Source: an uncultured bacterium (GTDB lineage Bacteria > Babelota > Babeliae > Babelales > Babelaceae). From it: 64,000 bases of DNA. The position numbers and the translations under genes are program-made. The stretch is taken from contig OY970332.1 of assembly GCA_963717435.1 (NCBI GenBank), positions 352,001-416,000 of the forward strand, in the 5' to 3' direction. Position 1 is the first letter of the stretch. The number at the start of each line of letters is the position of its first letter. Shown here piece by piece: positions 30,310 through 43,180 of this stretch. Below the pieces are notes generated by a model. It made no database searches, was not told the origin of the DNA, and worked only from the letters and a program-made list of their open reading frames with translations.

Positions 30310-32145
30310 TTATTCACCTTCCCCAGACTTCTTTGCAGCAGCATGTTTTTCCAATGCCAATTGCAACTGTGACTTACCCTTAGAAGAAGAACTTGTTTGT
30401 TGAACTTGTTGTTGCTCTTCACGTTTTTCTTTGCGAGGAGCTGCAGTTTTTTCCAACAACTGAACTTTTTTGGTTGGACGACCCTCTTTCTTTTCAGAAT
30501 GGGTTTCTTCAGTCTTCAAGCTTAAGCCAAGTTTATGATCTTCTTGGTTAACTTTGATAACTTTGAATGTCGCTTTTTGACCAACTTTGATAACGTCTTC
30601 AACTTTTTCTACGTTATTACCAGAAAGTTCTGATATATGAACAAGACCTTCGATTCCAGATGGAAGCTTAATGAACGCACCAAAATTTGTAATCTTGGAA
30701 ACTTCACCTTCAACCAATGAACCCAATGGATATTGTTTTTCAATATCTTCCCAAGGATTTTGTGAAAGCTGCTTGATGCCAAGAGATATTTTCTTGCTTT
30801 GTTTGTTAACACCAATAACAACAGCTTCAACCTCATCGCCCTTTTTGTATCTGTCAGCTGGATGCTCAACATGTTCTGTCCATGAAAGATCAGATATGTG
30901 GACCAAGCCGTCGATACCAGGAGCTAGTTGAACAAATATACCAAAGTCTGTGATATTGCTAATTTTGCCCTTGATTTTTGTTCCAACTGGGAATTGTTCT
31001 TCAATCGCATCCCAAGGATTCTTTTCAAGTTGCTTAACAGATAGTGACATTCTTCTGTTTTCTTTATCAAGAGAAACAACAACAACGTCTATCTTGTCGC
31101 CAACTTTGTAGAATTTATGCAGATCAGAGATTCTATCTGTCCAAGAAATTTCTGAGATATGAACAAGACCTTCAACACCTTTATCAACTTCAACAAATAG
31201 GCCGTAGTCAGTGATACTTGAAATAGTACCAGTGATTTTTGCGCCAACTTGAACTTCAGGACGCATAGCTTCCCAAGGATTTGATTCTAGTTGTTTTAAG
31301 CCTAGAGATATTTTCTCATTGTTCTTGTCAAAAGAAAGAACTTTGACTGCGATATTATCGCCAATTTTTACTAATTCACTAGGGTGTGAAATTCTACCCC
31401 ATGTCATGTCGGTGATATGCAACAAGCCGTCAACTCCACCGATGTCGATAAATACACCATAGTTGGTGATATTTTTAACGATACCCTGAATAACTTGACC
31501 AACTTGCAATACATCAAGAACTTTCTTACGAACTTCAGATTTTTGTTCGTTAAGATATTTACGACGTGAAATTATAACGTTGCCACGTTTTTGATTTACT
31601 TTAATAATATGAGCTGTAATGGTTTGACCAACAAATTGATCGAAATCCATAACTCTTTGTGTATCAACTTGAGAACCAGGCAAGAATGCAGGAATTCCAA
31701 TATCAACACTAAGGCCGCCCTTAACCTTATGGGTAACAACACCTTCAACAGGTTTGCCTTCTTTATGCAACTTCATGATTGCATCCCAAGCTTTTAGAGC
31801 CTTGGCTTTTTCATAAGATAGGGCTACTGTTCCATCAGCTGTTTCTAATTCATCAAGAATTACTTCAACTTCTGAACCTTTAAGTAGTTTTTTTAATTCA
31901 AATTCAGAAAACTCATAAAGTGGAATTAGTCCCTCAGATTTGAAATTAATGTCGACCAAAACACCTTCTGGTTGGACACTAATAACTTTACCTTGGATCA
32001 AGCCACCTGGTTTGAACTTGCTAACGACGCTACCATAAAGATCTTGTAAATCTTTCTTTTGCTCGTCTGTTAAAACAAATACGTCATCAGAAAGCAATTC
32101 GGATTTGCGAAATTGAGAAGATCTTATTAACTCTTTGGACATCAA
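30310..32145 (-). CDS. rpsA: 30S ribosomal protein S1
   Basis: Repeated S1 domains (AFLPGSQVD, DGLLHITD, EGLVHISE). Confidence 0.97.
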   Translation of the reverse strand: MMSKELIRSSQFRKSELLSDDVFVLTDEQKKDLQDLYGSVVSKFKPGGLIQGKVISVQPEGVLVDINFKSEGLIPLYEFSEFELKKLLKGSEVEVILDELETADGTVALSYEKAKALKAWDAIMKLHKEGKPVEGVVTHKVKGGLSVDIGIPAFLPGSQVDTQRVMDFDQFVGQTITAHIIKVNQKRGNVIISRRKYLNEQKSEVRKKVLDVLQVGQVIQGIVKNITNYGVFIDIGGVDGLLHITDMTWGRISHPSELVKIGDNIAVKVLSFDKNNEKISLGLKQLESNPWEAMRPEVQVGAKITGTISSITDYGLFVEVDKGVEGLVHISEISWTDRISDLHKFYKVGDKIDVVVVSLDKENRRMSLSVKQLEKNPWDAIEEQFPVGTKIKGKISNITDFGIFVQLAPGIDGLVHISDLSWTEHVEHPADRYKKGDEVEAVVIGVNKQSKKISLGIKQLSQNPWEDIEKQYPLGSLVEGEVSKITNFGAFIKLPSGIEGLVHISELSGNNVEKVEDVIKVGQKATFKVIKVNQEDHKLGLSLKTEETHSEKKEGRPTKKVQLLEKTAAPRKEKREEQQQVQQTSSSSKGKSQLQLALEKHAAAKKSGEGE

Positions 32146-32356
32146 GTCCTCCTATAGAAATACTTAAAAAACAAGAACTGTTTTTTAGTGTTAAGTTGGT
32201 TAAACATATAAAATTACATGTTTTATTATAACAAACTGGAAATTATTTACAAATTGGCACAGCAAAAATATAGACAAATTTGCCAGGCAAATAGAACTTG
32301 TTATAGTCTAGGTGTCGAAAAGACTTAGTACACAAGCTATAAGAAAGAGATTTGGT

Positions 32357-32854
32357 GTGAATAAGCTAATAATTATAGTTCTTATAACAAGTTTTGGTTA
32401 TTCCTGGAGCATGGAAAATGAGCAAAAGGGAGCTGGTTCTGGCAAACCAGCTTACAAATCTTTAAAAACAGAAGTTAGCATAAATAACGCTGAATCTTCT
32501 GGCGAAGAAGACACAAGTGAACTCGACGACTTATCTGACAAGGGCAAGGGCAAGAAAAACAGTCGCAATAATAACAATAATAATAACGGTAATAAACACA
32601 AAAGAGCCGGCAGTGATGCCGTGATAACGATACACCTGGAAAATGGGGATTTTTCTATAGAGCAAAATAAGATAAATACAGAAAAGCAGGGGAATTTGAA
32701 ACTTAAAGCGGCTGGGGCGGCTTGGAAAGCCTATTGTACCCCCAAGGCATTCAGGGATGCCTCCTGCGGAACCTTGGCCATATTTATGGTCTTTTTCCTA
32801 TATAAAATGGCTTTGGCGGCAGAAAGCATAGCCAATGCCACAATATCTGATTAA
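32357..32854 (+). CDS. Hypothetical exported low-complexity protein with C-terminal TM
   Basis: A GTG start at 32357 gives signal peptide + MENEQ; poly-Asn tract; C-terminal hydrophobic helix. Confidence 0.6.
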   Translation: MNKLIIIVLITSFGYSWSMENEQKGAGSGKPAYKSLKTEVSINNAESSGEEDTSELDDLSDKGKGKKNSRNNNNNNNGNKHKRAGSDAVITIHLENGDFSIEQNKINTEKQGNLKLKAAGAAWKAYCTPKAFRDASCGTLAIFMVFFLYKMALAAESIANATISD

Positions 32855-33000
32855 ATCAGCTAAAAATGGGCCCAAAATTGACCCAGAATAGGCAAGACAG
32901 CTGAAATATAGGATCATGACTAATTGGGGCAAAAATCGGGTTTGAACCTGTTTTTTAATTAAAATTCAAATAACTTAAAATATACTGACTGAAAACATAT

Positions 33001-33029
33001 TTTACATTATTTAAAATACGTGCTATGAT
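33001..33029 (+). promoter_or_regulatory. Sigma70 promoter for the deaD leader
   Basis: TTTACA-17 bp-TATGAT with an extended TG motif. Confidence 0.6.
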
Positions 33030-33439
33030 TGATAGTAATCAAAAGTGCCTGCAGGTTCAAATAACCTGGATCCCCCTACGCCAGCACAGTTCTTCAAAGT
33101 TTGCAGAACATAGTAAAGGCTCCGGAGGACAAGACTGAAATCCCATCTTTTAAAGATTTAAGCAAGGCACCCACAGATTGTGCGTTTACCCGTTTCGGGC
33201 TTGCTGTTTAATACCCTAAGTTTCATTAAATAGTTGACGTAGCTGATGTTTATAAGTGCCCCCCAAATATTAAAAATAAATGGGTAAATGGGCTCGAATA
33301 TACTAATTTTTATTTAAAATTTAGTTATTTTTGTTCTTAAATAGTTAAAACAAAAAAAGAGAGTTTAATAAAAAATTTAATAAATTTTATAACCCAATTA
33401 ATAATTAATCTAATTAATCTAAAAGGACGAAACAATTTT

Positions 33440-35083
33440 ATGAATAAATTTACAGATTTAAATTTGGATCCAATAATACAAAAGAGTTTAGAGTCTCTAG
33501 GTTTTACAGAACCTACAGAGATTCAAGCAAAATCTATCCCTATGTTACTTGAAAAAGAAAAAGTTGATTTTCTTGGTCAAGCACAAACAGGGACAGGTAA
33601 GACTCTTGCGTTTGGGATACCACTTTTACACAGAATAGATAAATCAAAGAATATTACACAGGCGCTTATTGTTGCACCTACAAGAGAACTTGCGGTTCAG
33701 ATATGTGAAAGCATAAATCCACTTGCAAAAGCTTTGGGTATAACAATAGAAGCTGTCTATGGTGGTGTTTCTATGGAAGACCAAATGCGCAAGCTAAAAC
33801 GTGGAACACAGATCGTTGTGGGTACACCTGGTCGTCTTAATGATCACTTAAATAGACGTACATTAAATTTAAGTACTTTAAAAACACTTGTTCTTGATGA
33901 AGCTGATATCATGCTTGATATGGGATTCAAAGAAGAGATCACAGAAATACTTACATACGCTCCAAAAGAACGTGAAATTTGGTTGTTCTCAGCGACAATA
34001 AAGGGCGGTATAGCTGATCTTATGAGAAGTCATATGACAGATACAGTTTCAGTTAGAGTAAGTAAAACACAAGTTGGAACACAGGCCGTTAAGCATTATT
34101 ACTGCTCACTGCCTTCAAGATCAAGATTAAATGCACTATGCAGATTTATCGATAGCGCACCAGAATTTTACGGAATCATATTCTGCCCAACAAAGATCAT
34201 GACATCTGAAATCGCTGAAAAGCTTTCAAAGCATGGATACCAAGTTGGCGCGCTTCATGGTGACATGAGCCAGTCTATGAGAAACGTTATGATTAAAAAG
34301 TTTAAGGACAAACAACTTAGTATTATCGTTGCAACTGACGTTGCGGCTCGTGGTATTGACGTTGCAAACTTAACTCACGTTATTAACTTCTCATTACCAG
34401 AAGACCAAGAAAGCTATGTTCACAGAGTTGGACGTACAGGAAGAGCTGGTAAAGATGGTATCGCTATAACATTTGTTGGAAGAAACGATACAAGAAATAT
34501 TCAAATGTTAGAACGTAAGTTTGGCATTGTTATTAAACCTATCGATGTCCCTTCAAAAGAGACAATCATGCAAGCACGTGCTGAACAAGCAAGTGAACTT
34601 GTTACATCACTTATATCTGATAAAAAAGAGTATAAGGGAATAGAGCTTGTTTCAGAGATTACAAAAAATCTTACACAAGAACAGCTACAAGTTTTAGCAA
34701 ACAAGCTACTACATGCTAAATTCTTAGAAAACGTTGCTACACAAGAGATACAAATTGAGCACTCAGTGCCTAACAATTATAACTCTTCTTCTAACTCAAG
34801 ATTCTCAAGAGGTTCAGGAAACTCAAGATTTGAGCGTGGAACACCTGAAAATATTCAAGAGATTTATATTGCTCTTGGTATCGATGATGGAATCGAAAAA
34901 GAAGATGTTGTTAATTACTTGTTGAGCTCTAAAGCGATTTCTGAATCTCAGATTCGTAAGATCAGAGTGATCAAAAGAAGAACATTTATCGAGATTCCTA
35001 TCGATTTAACATACAAGATAATAGACGCCCTTAAAGGCAAAAACTTAAACGGTAAAAGAGCGCGCTTAAACATAGTTAATTAA
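33440..35083 (+). CDS. deaD: DEAD-box RNA helicase with DbpA-type RNA-binding domain
   Basis: AQTGTGKT, PTRELA, DEAD, SAT, HRVGRTGRAG; C-terminal RBD. Confidence 0.92.
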   Translation: MNKFTDLNLDPIIQKSLESLGFTEPTEIQAKSIPMLLEKEKVDFLGQAQTGTGKTLAFGIPLLHRIDKSKNITQALIVAPTRELAVQICESINPLAKALGITIEAVYGGVSMEDQMRKLKRGTQIVVGTPGRLNDHLNRRTLNLSTLKTLVLDEADIMLDMGFKEEITEILTYAPKEREIWLFSATIKGGIADLMRSHMTDTVSVRVSKTQVGTQAVKHYYCSLPSRSRLNALCRFIDSAPEFYGIIFCPTKIMTSEIAEKLSKHGYQVGALHGDMSQSMRNVMIKKFKDKQLSIIVATDVAARGIDVANLTHVINFSLPEDQESYVHRVGRTGRAGKDGIAITFVGRNDTRNIQMLERKFGIVIKPIDVPSKETIMQARAEQASELVTSLISDKKEYKGIELVSEITKNLTQEQLQVLANKLLHAKFLENVATQEIQIEHSVPNNYNSSSNSRFSRGSGNSRFERGTPENIQEIYIALGIDDGIEKEDVVNYLLSSKAISESQIRKIRVIKRRTFIEIPIDLTYKIIDALKGKNLNGKRARLNIVN

Positions 35084-35232
35084 TTATTAAGAAGTGCAAT
35101 TAAAAAACTGTGTTATTAAAGTTTTAATAACACAGTTTAGTTAAAATCAGAAGATATTATTTACTAGTTTATGGGTGGTTGATTTGAGTTTTCAGATCAA
35201 CCACTTTTTTTGTGATTATTATTTTTTTAAAA

Positions 35233-35493
35233 TTATTTTGCTCTAGATTCTAGTTCTTTAACTATTTCAACGGCGCGTTCGCGCGGCAGAGAATCTACGA
35301 TTTTCTTGAGTCTATTGAACCTACTAATAACGTCGCAAACATAACTGTAATTAAAGTTTCTAAATTTCTTTATCTCTCTATATTTGCCAACAACTTCGTG
35401 GTAGTTTTCTCTTAATTCTTTCTCTAGTTGTTCAAGATTATTAGCTTTAAGCCCCATAAAAGACAGAAACAAAATTGTGTAAAATATTTTCAT
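35233..35493 (-). CDS. Small exported hypothetical protein
   Basis: Signal-peptide-like N-terminus. Confidence 0.5.
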   Translation of the reverse strand: MKIFYTILFLSFMGLKANNLEQLEKELRENYHEVVGKYREIKKFRNFNYSYVCDVISRFNRLKKIVDSLPRERAVEIVKELESRAK

Positions 35494-35551
35494 GTTCGTA
35501 TTTCAAAATTATTTAAAAAAAATTTAATTATATTTAATTATAATTTACAAA

Positions 35552-35581
35552 AAAAGAGGGGATTTTGAAATCCCCTCTTTT
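35552..35581 (-). terminator. Intrinsic terminator after leuS
   Basis: aaaagaggggattt...aaatcccctctttt. Confidence 0.75.
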
Positions 35582-35586
35582 AATTA

Positions 35587-38042
<2,456 letters not shown>

Positions 38043-38273
38043 AATTAACCTAAATTTTTTAAATAATAACTATATAAATTATGTTAACAGTAAAATGGAA
38101 AAACTAAAAAAGATTTGTGTAGAAAAAGATATACTGCCCCTAAGGCAGGAGTAAACTTGGGATATTTACTGAATAGAATACTGGCAAAACTTGTAAAATA
38201 CAGCTTAAAATCTTCATATGTTATATTTTTGATGTTTTTTAGATTTTTGTCAAAAATTGATTTTGTATAGGGG

Positions 38274-38588
38274 TTATCGATCTATCAGAGTGCTATCGCC
38301 ATTAAACGATATCATAGTATTATCTTTAAGATTCTTATATTCAAATATTTTCCCACCCATTAGAACTAAAATTGCCTCGATGCCAGCTTCGTTAAAGTAC
38401 CCACACCTCTCAATTGTCCATCGACCAATTAGTTCCCTGCGTAAATTTGGGATTACCAACTTGTTTTTATAAACTATTTTTCTGATCTTCACCGGGACAG
38501 TAGATGTATTTACAAAGTAAACTGAGTTTAATGAATTAAAAAATAGTGTGAGAAAAAACAAAACAAACTTAAAATTATTTTTTACCAT
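38274..38588 (-). CDS. Hypothetical exported protein
   Basis: Signal peptide. Confidence 0.5.
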   Translation of the reverse strand: MVKNNFKFVLFFLTLFFNSLNSVYFVNTSTVPVKIRKIVYKNKLVIPNLRRELIGRWTIERCGYFNEAGIEAILVLMGGKIFEYKNLKDNTMISFNGDSTLIDR

Positions 38589-38619
38589 AACCGGGTCTCT
38601 GTTTTTTAATATTCAAATT

Positions 38620-39645
38620 TTAAGCCTGGCGTGATTTCAATAATTCAATCAATTTTTTCAGAAAAGCTTTTGTGTCGTACAATCCTGTAGAAAGGTTTCT
38701 GGGGCCTCTACAAAACCAATTTAACTCTCCCCATGACAAATTATCTTTAATAACCTGTTCTTGAACCTTTTTATGCCACGCTTCTGCCCGACTTAATTTT
38801 TCTTCAACCAACTTTGACGCATTTTCAAAAAAATCTTTTGATATATTATTGGGTAATTTATTTAAAATAAGTTCCATAATGCTGATTAAATTGTTTTTTA
38901 ATTCATATCTAACGTTATAATAATCAAATTGTTTCATACCAGAAAGCAATAATTCACCGAGCTCTTCCAGGCTAAGATCTGTGCTAAATTTAAATAAAAT
39001 ATCAAAAAAGTTATAATCGTATTCTTCGATAGCAAATTTTAAATACGGGGCTGCACCTGCTCCTAAATTTAAAAATTCGCGAGCAATCCCAAAGTGATCC
39101 GGATTTGAAATATTTTTTGGTTTAAGCAATTTTCTACGAAAAAGGCTGTTTAAATATTTCAAGTATTCTGGATCAGATTGTATTTTGTTTTTTGACCAAT
39201 TATATGCCTTGAAATTATATGCCACATAGGGAAGATATGATTTGGTTTGAAATTTAGTTTGATATTTTTTAAGATGCGAATTCAAGATCTCGCCAACAAT
39301 ATAAAGCTTTAATTTTTTATAATTAAGCTCTAAAATTTCAGCAGATTTTTCTTGCACATATTTTTCTGTAATTTTCTTAAATTGGCTGTTGGATGTAAAA
39401 GAATCGAAAGCTGCAAGCAATTCTTCTTCAGATTCAAATCCGGGTTCTAGTACATTAATAAAAGCACAAATTGGATCTTTTATATATTCTGGCAAATCGG
39501 GCGTAGTTTCCGTCATGTTAAAAAAATCTGCAAGCACATATTCTTGCTCATTAATATTTCCCACAAGATCAGTCTCCATAGAGAAAATACCAGGGAAAAT
39601 ATTTGTAAATACTAATAATAAAATTATATAAAATTTAAGTTTCAT
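38620..39645 (-). CDS. Hypothetical exported protein
   Basis: Signal peptide + METDL; helical. Confidence 0.7.
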   Translation of the reverse strand: MKLKFYIILLLVFTNIFPGIFSMETDLVGNINEQEYVLADFFNMTETTPDLPEYIKDPICAFINVLEPGFESEEELLAAFDSFTSNSQFKKITEKYVQEKSAEILELNYKKLKLYIVGEILNSHLKKYQTKFQTKSYLPYVAYNFKAYNWSKNKIQSDPEYLKYLNSLFRRKLLKPKNISNPDHFGIAREFLNLGAGAAPYLKFAIEEYDYNFFDILFKFSTDLSLEELGELLLSGMKQFDYYNVRYELKNNLISIMELILNKLPNNISKDFFENASKLVEEKLSRAEAWHKKVQEQVIKDNLSWGELNWFCRGPRNLSTGLYDTKAFLKKLIELLKSRQA

Positions 39646-39850
39646 AAAATCCCCAATTTTTAAGATTAAGCTAATAAGTTACTTATTCTTATCAATTTTA
39701 TATCTAATTTATATCTAAATCTTCTTTAAAACTATAGATGTTCTATTTTTTCTCAATTTTGTTATCCTGACAAAATATAATAATATTTAAAAACATGGCG
39801 AGTAGTAATCCAAAATTAAACCCCAAAAAATAATAAAAGAAAGATAATAA

Positions 39851-40501
39851 ATGAGTGTTCAACCTCAAAAAGTTACAGTGGTGCCAAACCCACTAATGGC
39901 CCAAGAAGATGAAAATATTTTAGTAGTTAAACGACAAGATCTTTTTTCAGCTGAGGGTGAATATGCGGCATGGCAGGGCCTAAAGGCTGTCGATTTTGTT
40001 AGTTATTTGAAAATAATAGATGAAAAAAAAGAGTTTAATCCAAGATCAAAAATGGAATCTGATGAGAACTACAAACAGATTATCCCATATTTGATTTTTC
40101 AATATGGCGACAAATATTTTCTAATGCAGCGCCAAGCAAAAGCAAGTGAAAAGAGGCTCCAAAGCAAATATTCACTTGGAATTGGCGGGCACATAAGAGA
40201 AGAAGATATCGCAAGTTCAGACGTTGTTGCTTGGTCAAAGCGTGAATTTGAAGAAGAAGTTAACTACTCAGGTAGTTATACGGTCGAGCCGCTAGGAATT
40301 TTGAACGACGACAGTAATTCTGTCGGGCGAGTTCATGTCGCATTTGTTTTAATTCTTAAAGGCGACTCAGATAAAATTACGGTTAATTCTGAACTTAAAA
40401 GCGGCGAGTTGCTTACACTTGAAGAATGTGAAAAGTTTTATGATCACATGGAAAGCTGGACGCAGATAGCTTTTAATTTTATCAAGAATAATTCTAAATA
40501 A
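39851..40501 (+). CDS. Predicted NUDIX-family phosphoesterase (YmaB-like)
   Basis: YKQIIPY, SLGIGGHI, REFEEE, NDDSNSVGRVH, ESWTQI. Confidence 0.8.
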   Translation: MSVQPQKVTVVPNPLMAQEDENILVVKRQDLFSAEGEYAAWQGLKAVDFVSYLKIIDEKKEFNPRSKMESDENYKQIIPYLIFQYGDKYFLMQRQAKASEKRLQSKYSLGIGGHIREEDIASSDVVAWSKREFEEEVNYSGSYTVEPLGILNDDSNSVGRVHVAFVLILKGDSDKITVNSELKSGELLTLEECEKFYDHMESWTQIAFNFIKNNSK

Positions 40502-40504
40502 ATT

Positions 40505-40527
40505 AGGGCCCGGTTTTTACGGGCCCT
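40505..40527 (+). terminator. Intrinsic terminator
   Basis: agggcccg-gttttta-cgggccct followed by a T run. Confidence 0.7.
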
Positions 40528-40552
40528 TTTTATTCTTAATATTTATAAATTA

Positions 40553-41188
40553 TTAATCCCAAATTTCAACAGTTGTAGTTTTTCTTACAGAATAACCAGA
40601 TTGCTGTCTCGGTTGAGAGTACTGATTTCTTGCAGCCTGTTCAAGTAACTTAGTTTGCCTTCTTGATTCATAAAGCTGACTTTCAGCCAACCTGCGTTGA
40701 TCTTTTGCCACACGTTGCTGCTCAATAAACTGAGATTCGTTAACGTACGTCTTTTGCTTTGCAAGAACTGGCAAAATCTCAAGAAGCACACGTCTTAGAT
40801 TTATAACTTTGTCATAAACTGGTCTGCTGCTTAAAAGTCTTGATTCAAGCGCATGAGCATGTCTTTCAAGCTTACGAATATCATTTTTGATAATATATTC
40901 AGCTTTATGTAGAGGCGCCCCCTCAGAAACAACCAAGTGTTCGTTGCCAATCAAAGATTGGCCCAAGCCTTCCCAAAAGCCTAAACCTGATCTTGAACCC
41001 AATAGGCGGGATTCTTCAACCAAATCTTTGTCGCTGGAATATGCTCTTATCATGTCTCTATAACGCATAGAAAGCACAGAAACTTCATTTTCTGCTTCGC
41101 AAAGTATATCCGTATCTGATAGTTGGCCGCAGCCTGAAAGTATTAGTAAACCTGGAAAAGCCAGAATATGACTTAATTTTTTTAACAT
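40553..41188 (-). CDS. Lipoprotein, coiled-coil
   Basis: Lipobox LSGC. Confidence 0.7.
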   Translation of the reverse strand: MLKKLSHILAFPGLLILSGCGQLSDTDILCEAENEVSVLSMRYRDMIRAYSSDKDLVEESRLLGSRSGLGFWEGLGQSLIGNEHLVVSEGAPLHKAEYIIKNDIRKLERHAHALESRLLSSRPVYDKVINLRRVLLEILPVLAKQKTYVNESQFIEQQRVAKDQRRLAESQLYESRRQTKLLEQAARNQYSQPRQQSGYSVRKTTTVEIWD

Positions 41189-41216
41189 ATTTTACCCCTT
41201 TATATTATTTTTACCC

Positions 41217-42104
41217 TTAATTTAAGTCTAACAAAATATGCTGATCTCGCAATTGGGTGTCTTCCAGGCTCAAATGGTCCAAAATTACAATATTTAAGCT
41301 TGGGGACCCAAAAAACTGGGTAAAAAGCTCTGGTGTTTTAGCTGGGGGGAGATATATATTCTTGAGTCCATAATTTTTATGTAAAAATTTGGCTATATTT
41401 AGCGTTAATTTTGTTGGGCGCAAGATAATCAAATTATCGACATTAAAGCTACCCGTTTCTTTAATTAATTCTGGAATAAGCTTAAAGCTGACCCAAGATC
41501 CTGGGGAAAGTCTTGAAAATATTGGGGCATCAAAAATCACAGTTGTCTGATTTTTATGATTTATAATACGGGCCGATTTAGAGCCGCACTTAATATTTTT
41601 TATTAATTTTGCTGGCTTATGTAAATATAAAAGCGAAAAGCCCAAAATAAATATAGAGATAAATCCGCCAATTTTGTGCAACTTAGTTGAAAATAATTTT
41701 TTATTTTTTAAAACAAAAAACGTCAAAAATATTATTAATACTGAAAAATATACGGGCGGCCTGACTCCTGCCCAAAGAAAATAATCTGAACCGAATCCCA
41801 AAAAATATTCCCAAATATCTGTAGTCTTATCTAAAATAAAAACTAGAAAAAAGTTGGGAATATTTAATATCTCTGAAAAAAACAGTAAACCTGAAACTAG
41901 AATAAATACCAAAAAAATCGGCGCAAAAATAATATTACCAATTGGGCTCAGTATCGAAACTGGCAGACCCCAGTGAAGTAATATTGGCCACGAAACTAGA
42001 TTTAAGAAAATCTGAAATTCAAGAAACTTTAAAAATTTCTCAAAAGCCAGATTTGTATAATATTTAAATTGCTTGATAAAGCTTTTTGAAATGCCAAAAT
42101 TCAT
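41217..42104 (-). CDS. ComEC-related membrane protein (partial Competence domain + degenerate beta-lactamase-like domain)
   Basis: PILLHWGLPVSILSPIGNIIFAP matches the ComEC TM pattern; LIPELIKETG...VDNLII. Confidence 0.5.
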   Translation of the reverse strand: MNFGISKSFIKQFKYYTNLAFEKFLKFLEFQIFLNLVSWPILLHWGLPVSILSPIGNIIFAPIFLVFILVSGLLFFSEILNIPNFFLVFILDKTTDIWEYFLGFGSDYFLWAGVRPPVYFSVLIIFLTFFVLKNKKLFSTKLHKIGGFISIFILGFSLLYLHKPAKLIKNIKCGSKSARIINHKNQTTVIFDAPIFSRLSPGSWVSFKLIPELIKETGSFNVDNLIILRPTKLTLNIAKFLHKNYGLKNIYLPPAKTPELFTQFFGSPSLNIVILDHLSLEDTQLRDQHILLDLN

Positions 42105-42183
42105 ACTGTTTGTTTTTTGCGACTCACCCTAAATTTTCCCGTAAGTACAGTATAAACCGGCAGAATTATTTGTATATTAAGAC

Positions 42184-42324
42184 TTAAAGCCCAAGTTTTT
42201 TAAATAGATCTTTAGCGTCTTTAGCGCGAACTAAATTTTTGCCCTTTTTTACGTTCTCAATGGCTTTAAGTGTGCTTTTATTTGGCACGTGAGTGCGTTG
42301 ACACTTATTATTCTTAAAATTCAC
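42184..42324 (-). CDS. Small ORF resembling a DinJ/RelB antitoxin C-terminus (46 aa, not in the ORF track)
   Basis: GTG start: MNFKNNKCQRTHVPNKSTLKAIENVKKGKNLVRAKDAKDLFKKLGL; PNxxTxxAI...DLFxxLG motif. Confidence 0.55.
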   Translation of the reverse strand: MNFKNNKCQRTHVPNKSTLKAIENVKKGKNLVRAKDAKDLFKKLGL

Positions 42325-42474
42325 AAAAATCCCTATCAAAAATAAAATTATAAAGACTTATTTTTTGACAGGCTCTGAAAAGTTATCCCAAACCTGTACA
42401 CCTACACCACAAACCAGAATCACGCCCACGCAAATAATAATATTTCCCCCCGAATTTTTTTATTACGCCAATTA

Positions 42475-43134
42475 TTAGGCCTGAGCAAAGAAGCCTGCAA
42501 CAATTAAAACAAATAATGAACCATAAGCTACAATAAAAAGCGTGACTTCATTTTTATAATGGACTCCCCTTAGGCCTTCTCTTAATTCGTTCAATTCTTC
42601 TTCTTCTCTTTTTTGTTGGGAAAATTCGAGCGCCTCTTTTTCTGTTTGTTGCTTAGACAAGTCAAGAAAGAATAGCTTAAATTTTCTCAAATTCTCATCA
42701 CCCGCATCATAATGATTTATATGTCTTAATATTTCTGCCAAAGTCTTGTGTGAGATTTTTGCATCTTCTAAATCAATTATACATTTTAATGATTCTTCTA
42801 ATTCCTCTAGCTCATTTGGTTTATTTTTTAATTTTTCCAAGCTATTTAGGAATGATTCTGCGGCTTCTGGCTCAATATACTTGAATTTTTTCACCAGTTG
42901 CTCATAATCAACAACTGGTTTCTCATTTTTTGCAGGATCCTGTTTCTTAGAAAAAAAACTTCTTATCAAAGTATTCTTATTTAGCTTATTATTTAATAAT
43001 AAATTTTGTTTCAAAAAGCTTGAATTGCTAAGCTTTATCTTACTTAAATTTTTCAAAGCTTTTGGCCCAAACATGCTAAAAGTATTAAAACTTAAAAATA
43101 AACTCATAAAAAATAAAGATTTTGCAAAATTCAT
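42475..43134 (-). CDS. Exported protein: signal peptide + presequence-like segment + C-terminal TM (paralogue A)
   Basis: Shares IEPEAA, IIDLE and ENLRK blocks with 43181..43834. Confidence 0.75.
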   Translation of the reverse strand: MNFAKSLFFMSLFLSFNTFSMFGPKALKNLSKIKLSNSSFLKQNLLLNNKLNKNTLIRSFFSKKQDPAKNEKPVVDYEQLVKKFKYIEPEAAESFLNSLEKLKNKPNELEELEESLKCIIDLEDAKISHKTLAEILRHINHYDAGDENLRKFKLFFLDLSKQQTEKEALEFSQQKREEEELNELREGLRGVHYKNEVTLFIVAYGSLFVLIVAGFFAQA

Positions 43135-43180
43135 AACTGTTCCTAAAGTATATTTTTAACCAAATTTCTTGAACCCAATA

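Noticed and set aside
32567-32596. AAT/AAC triplet run
   Set aside because: Simply encodes a poly-Asn low-complexity tract; in frame, with no sign of phase variation.
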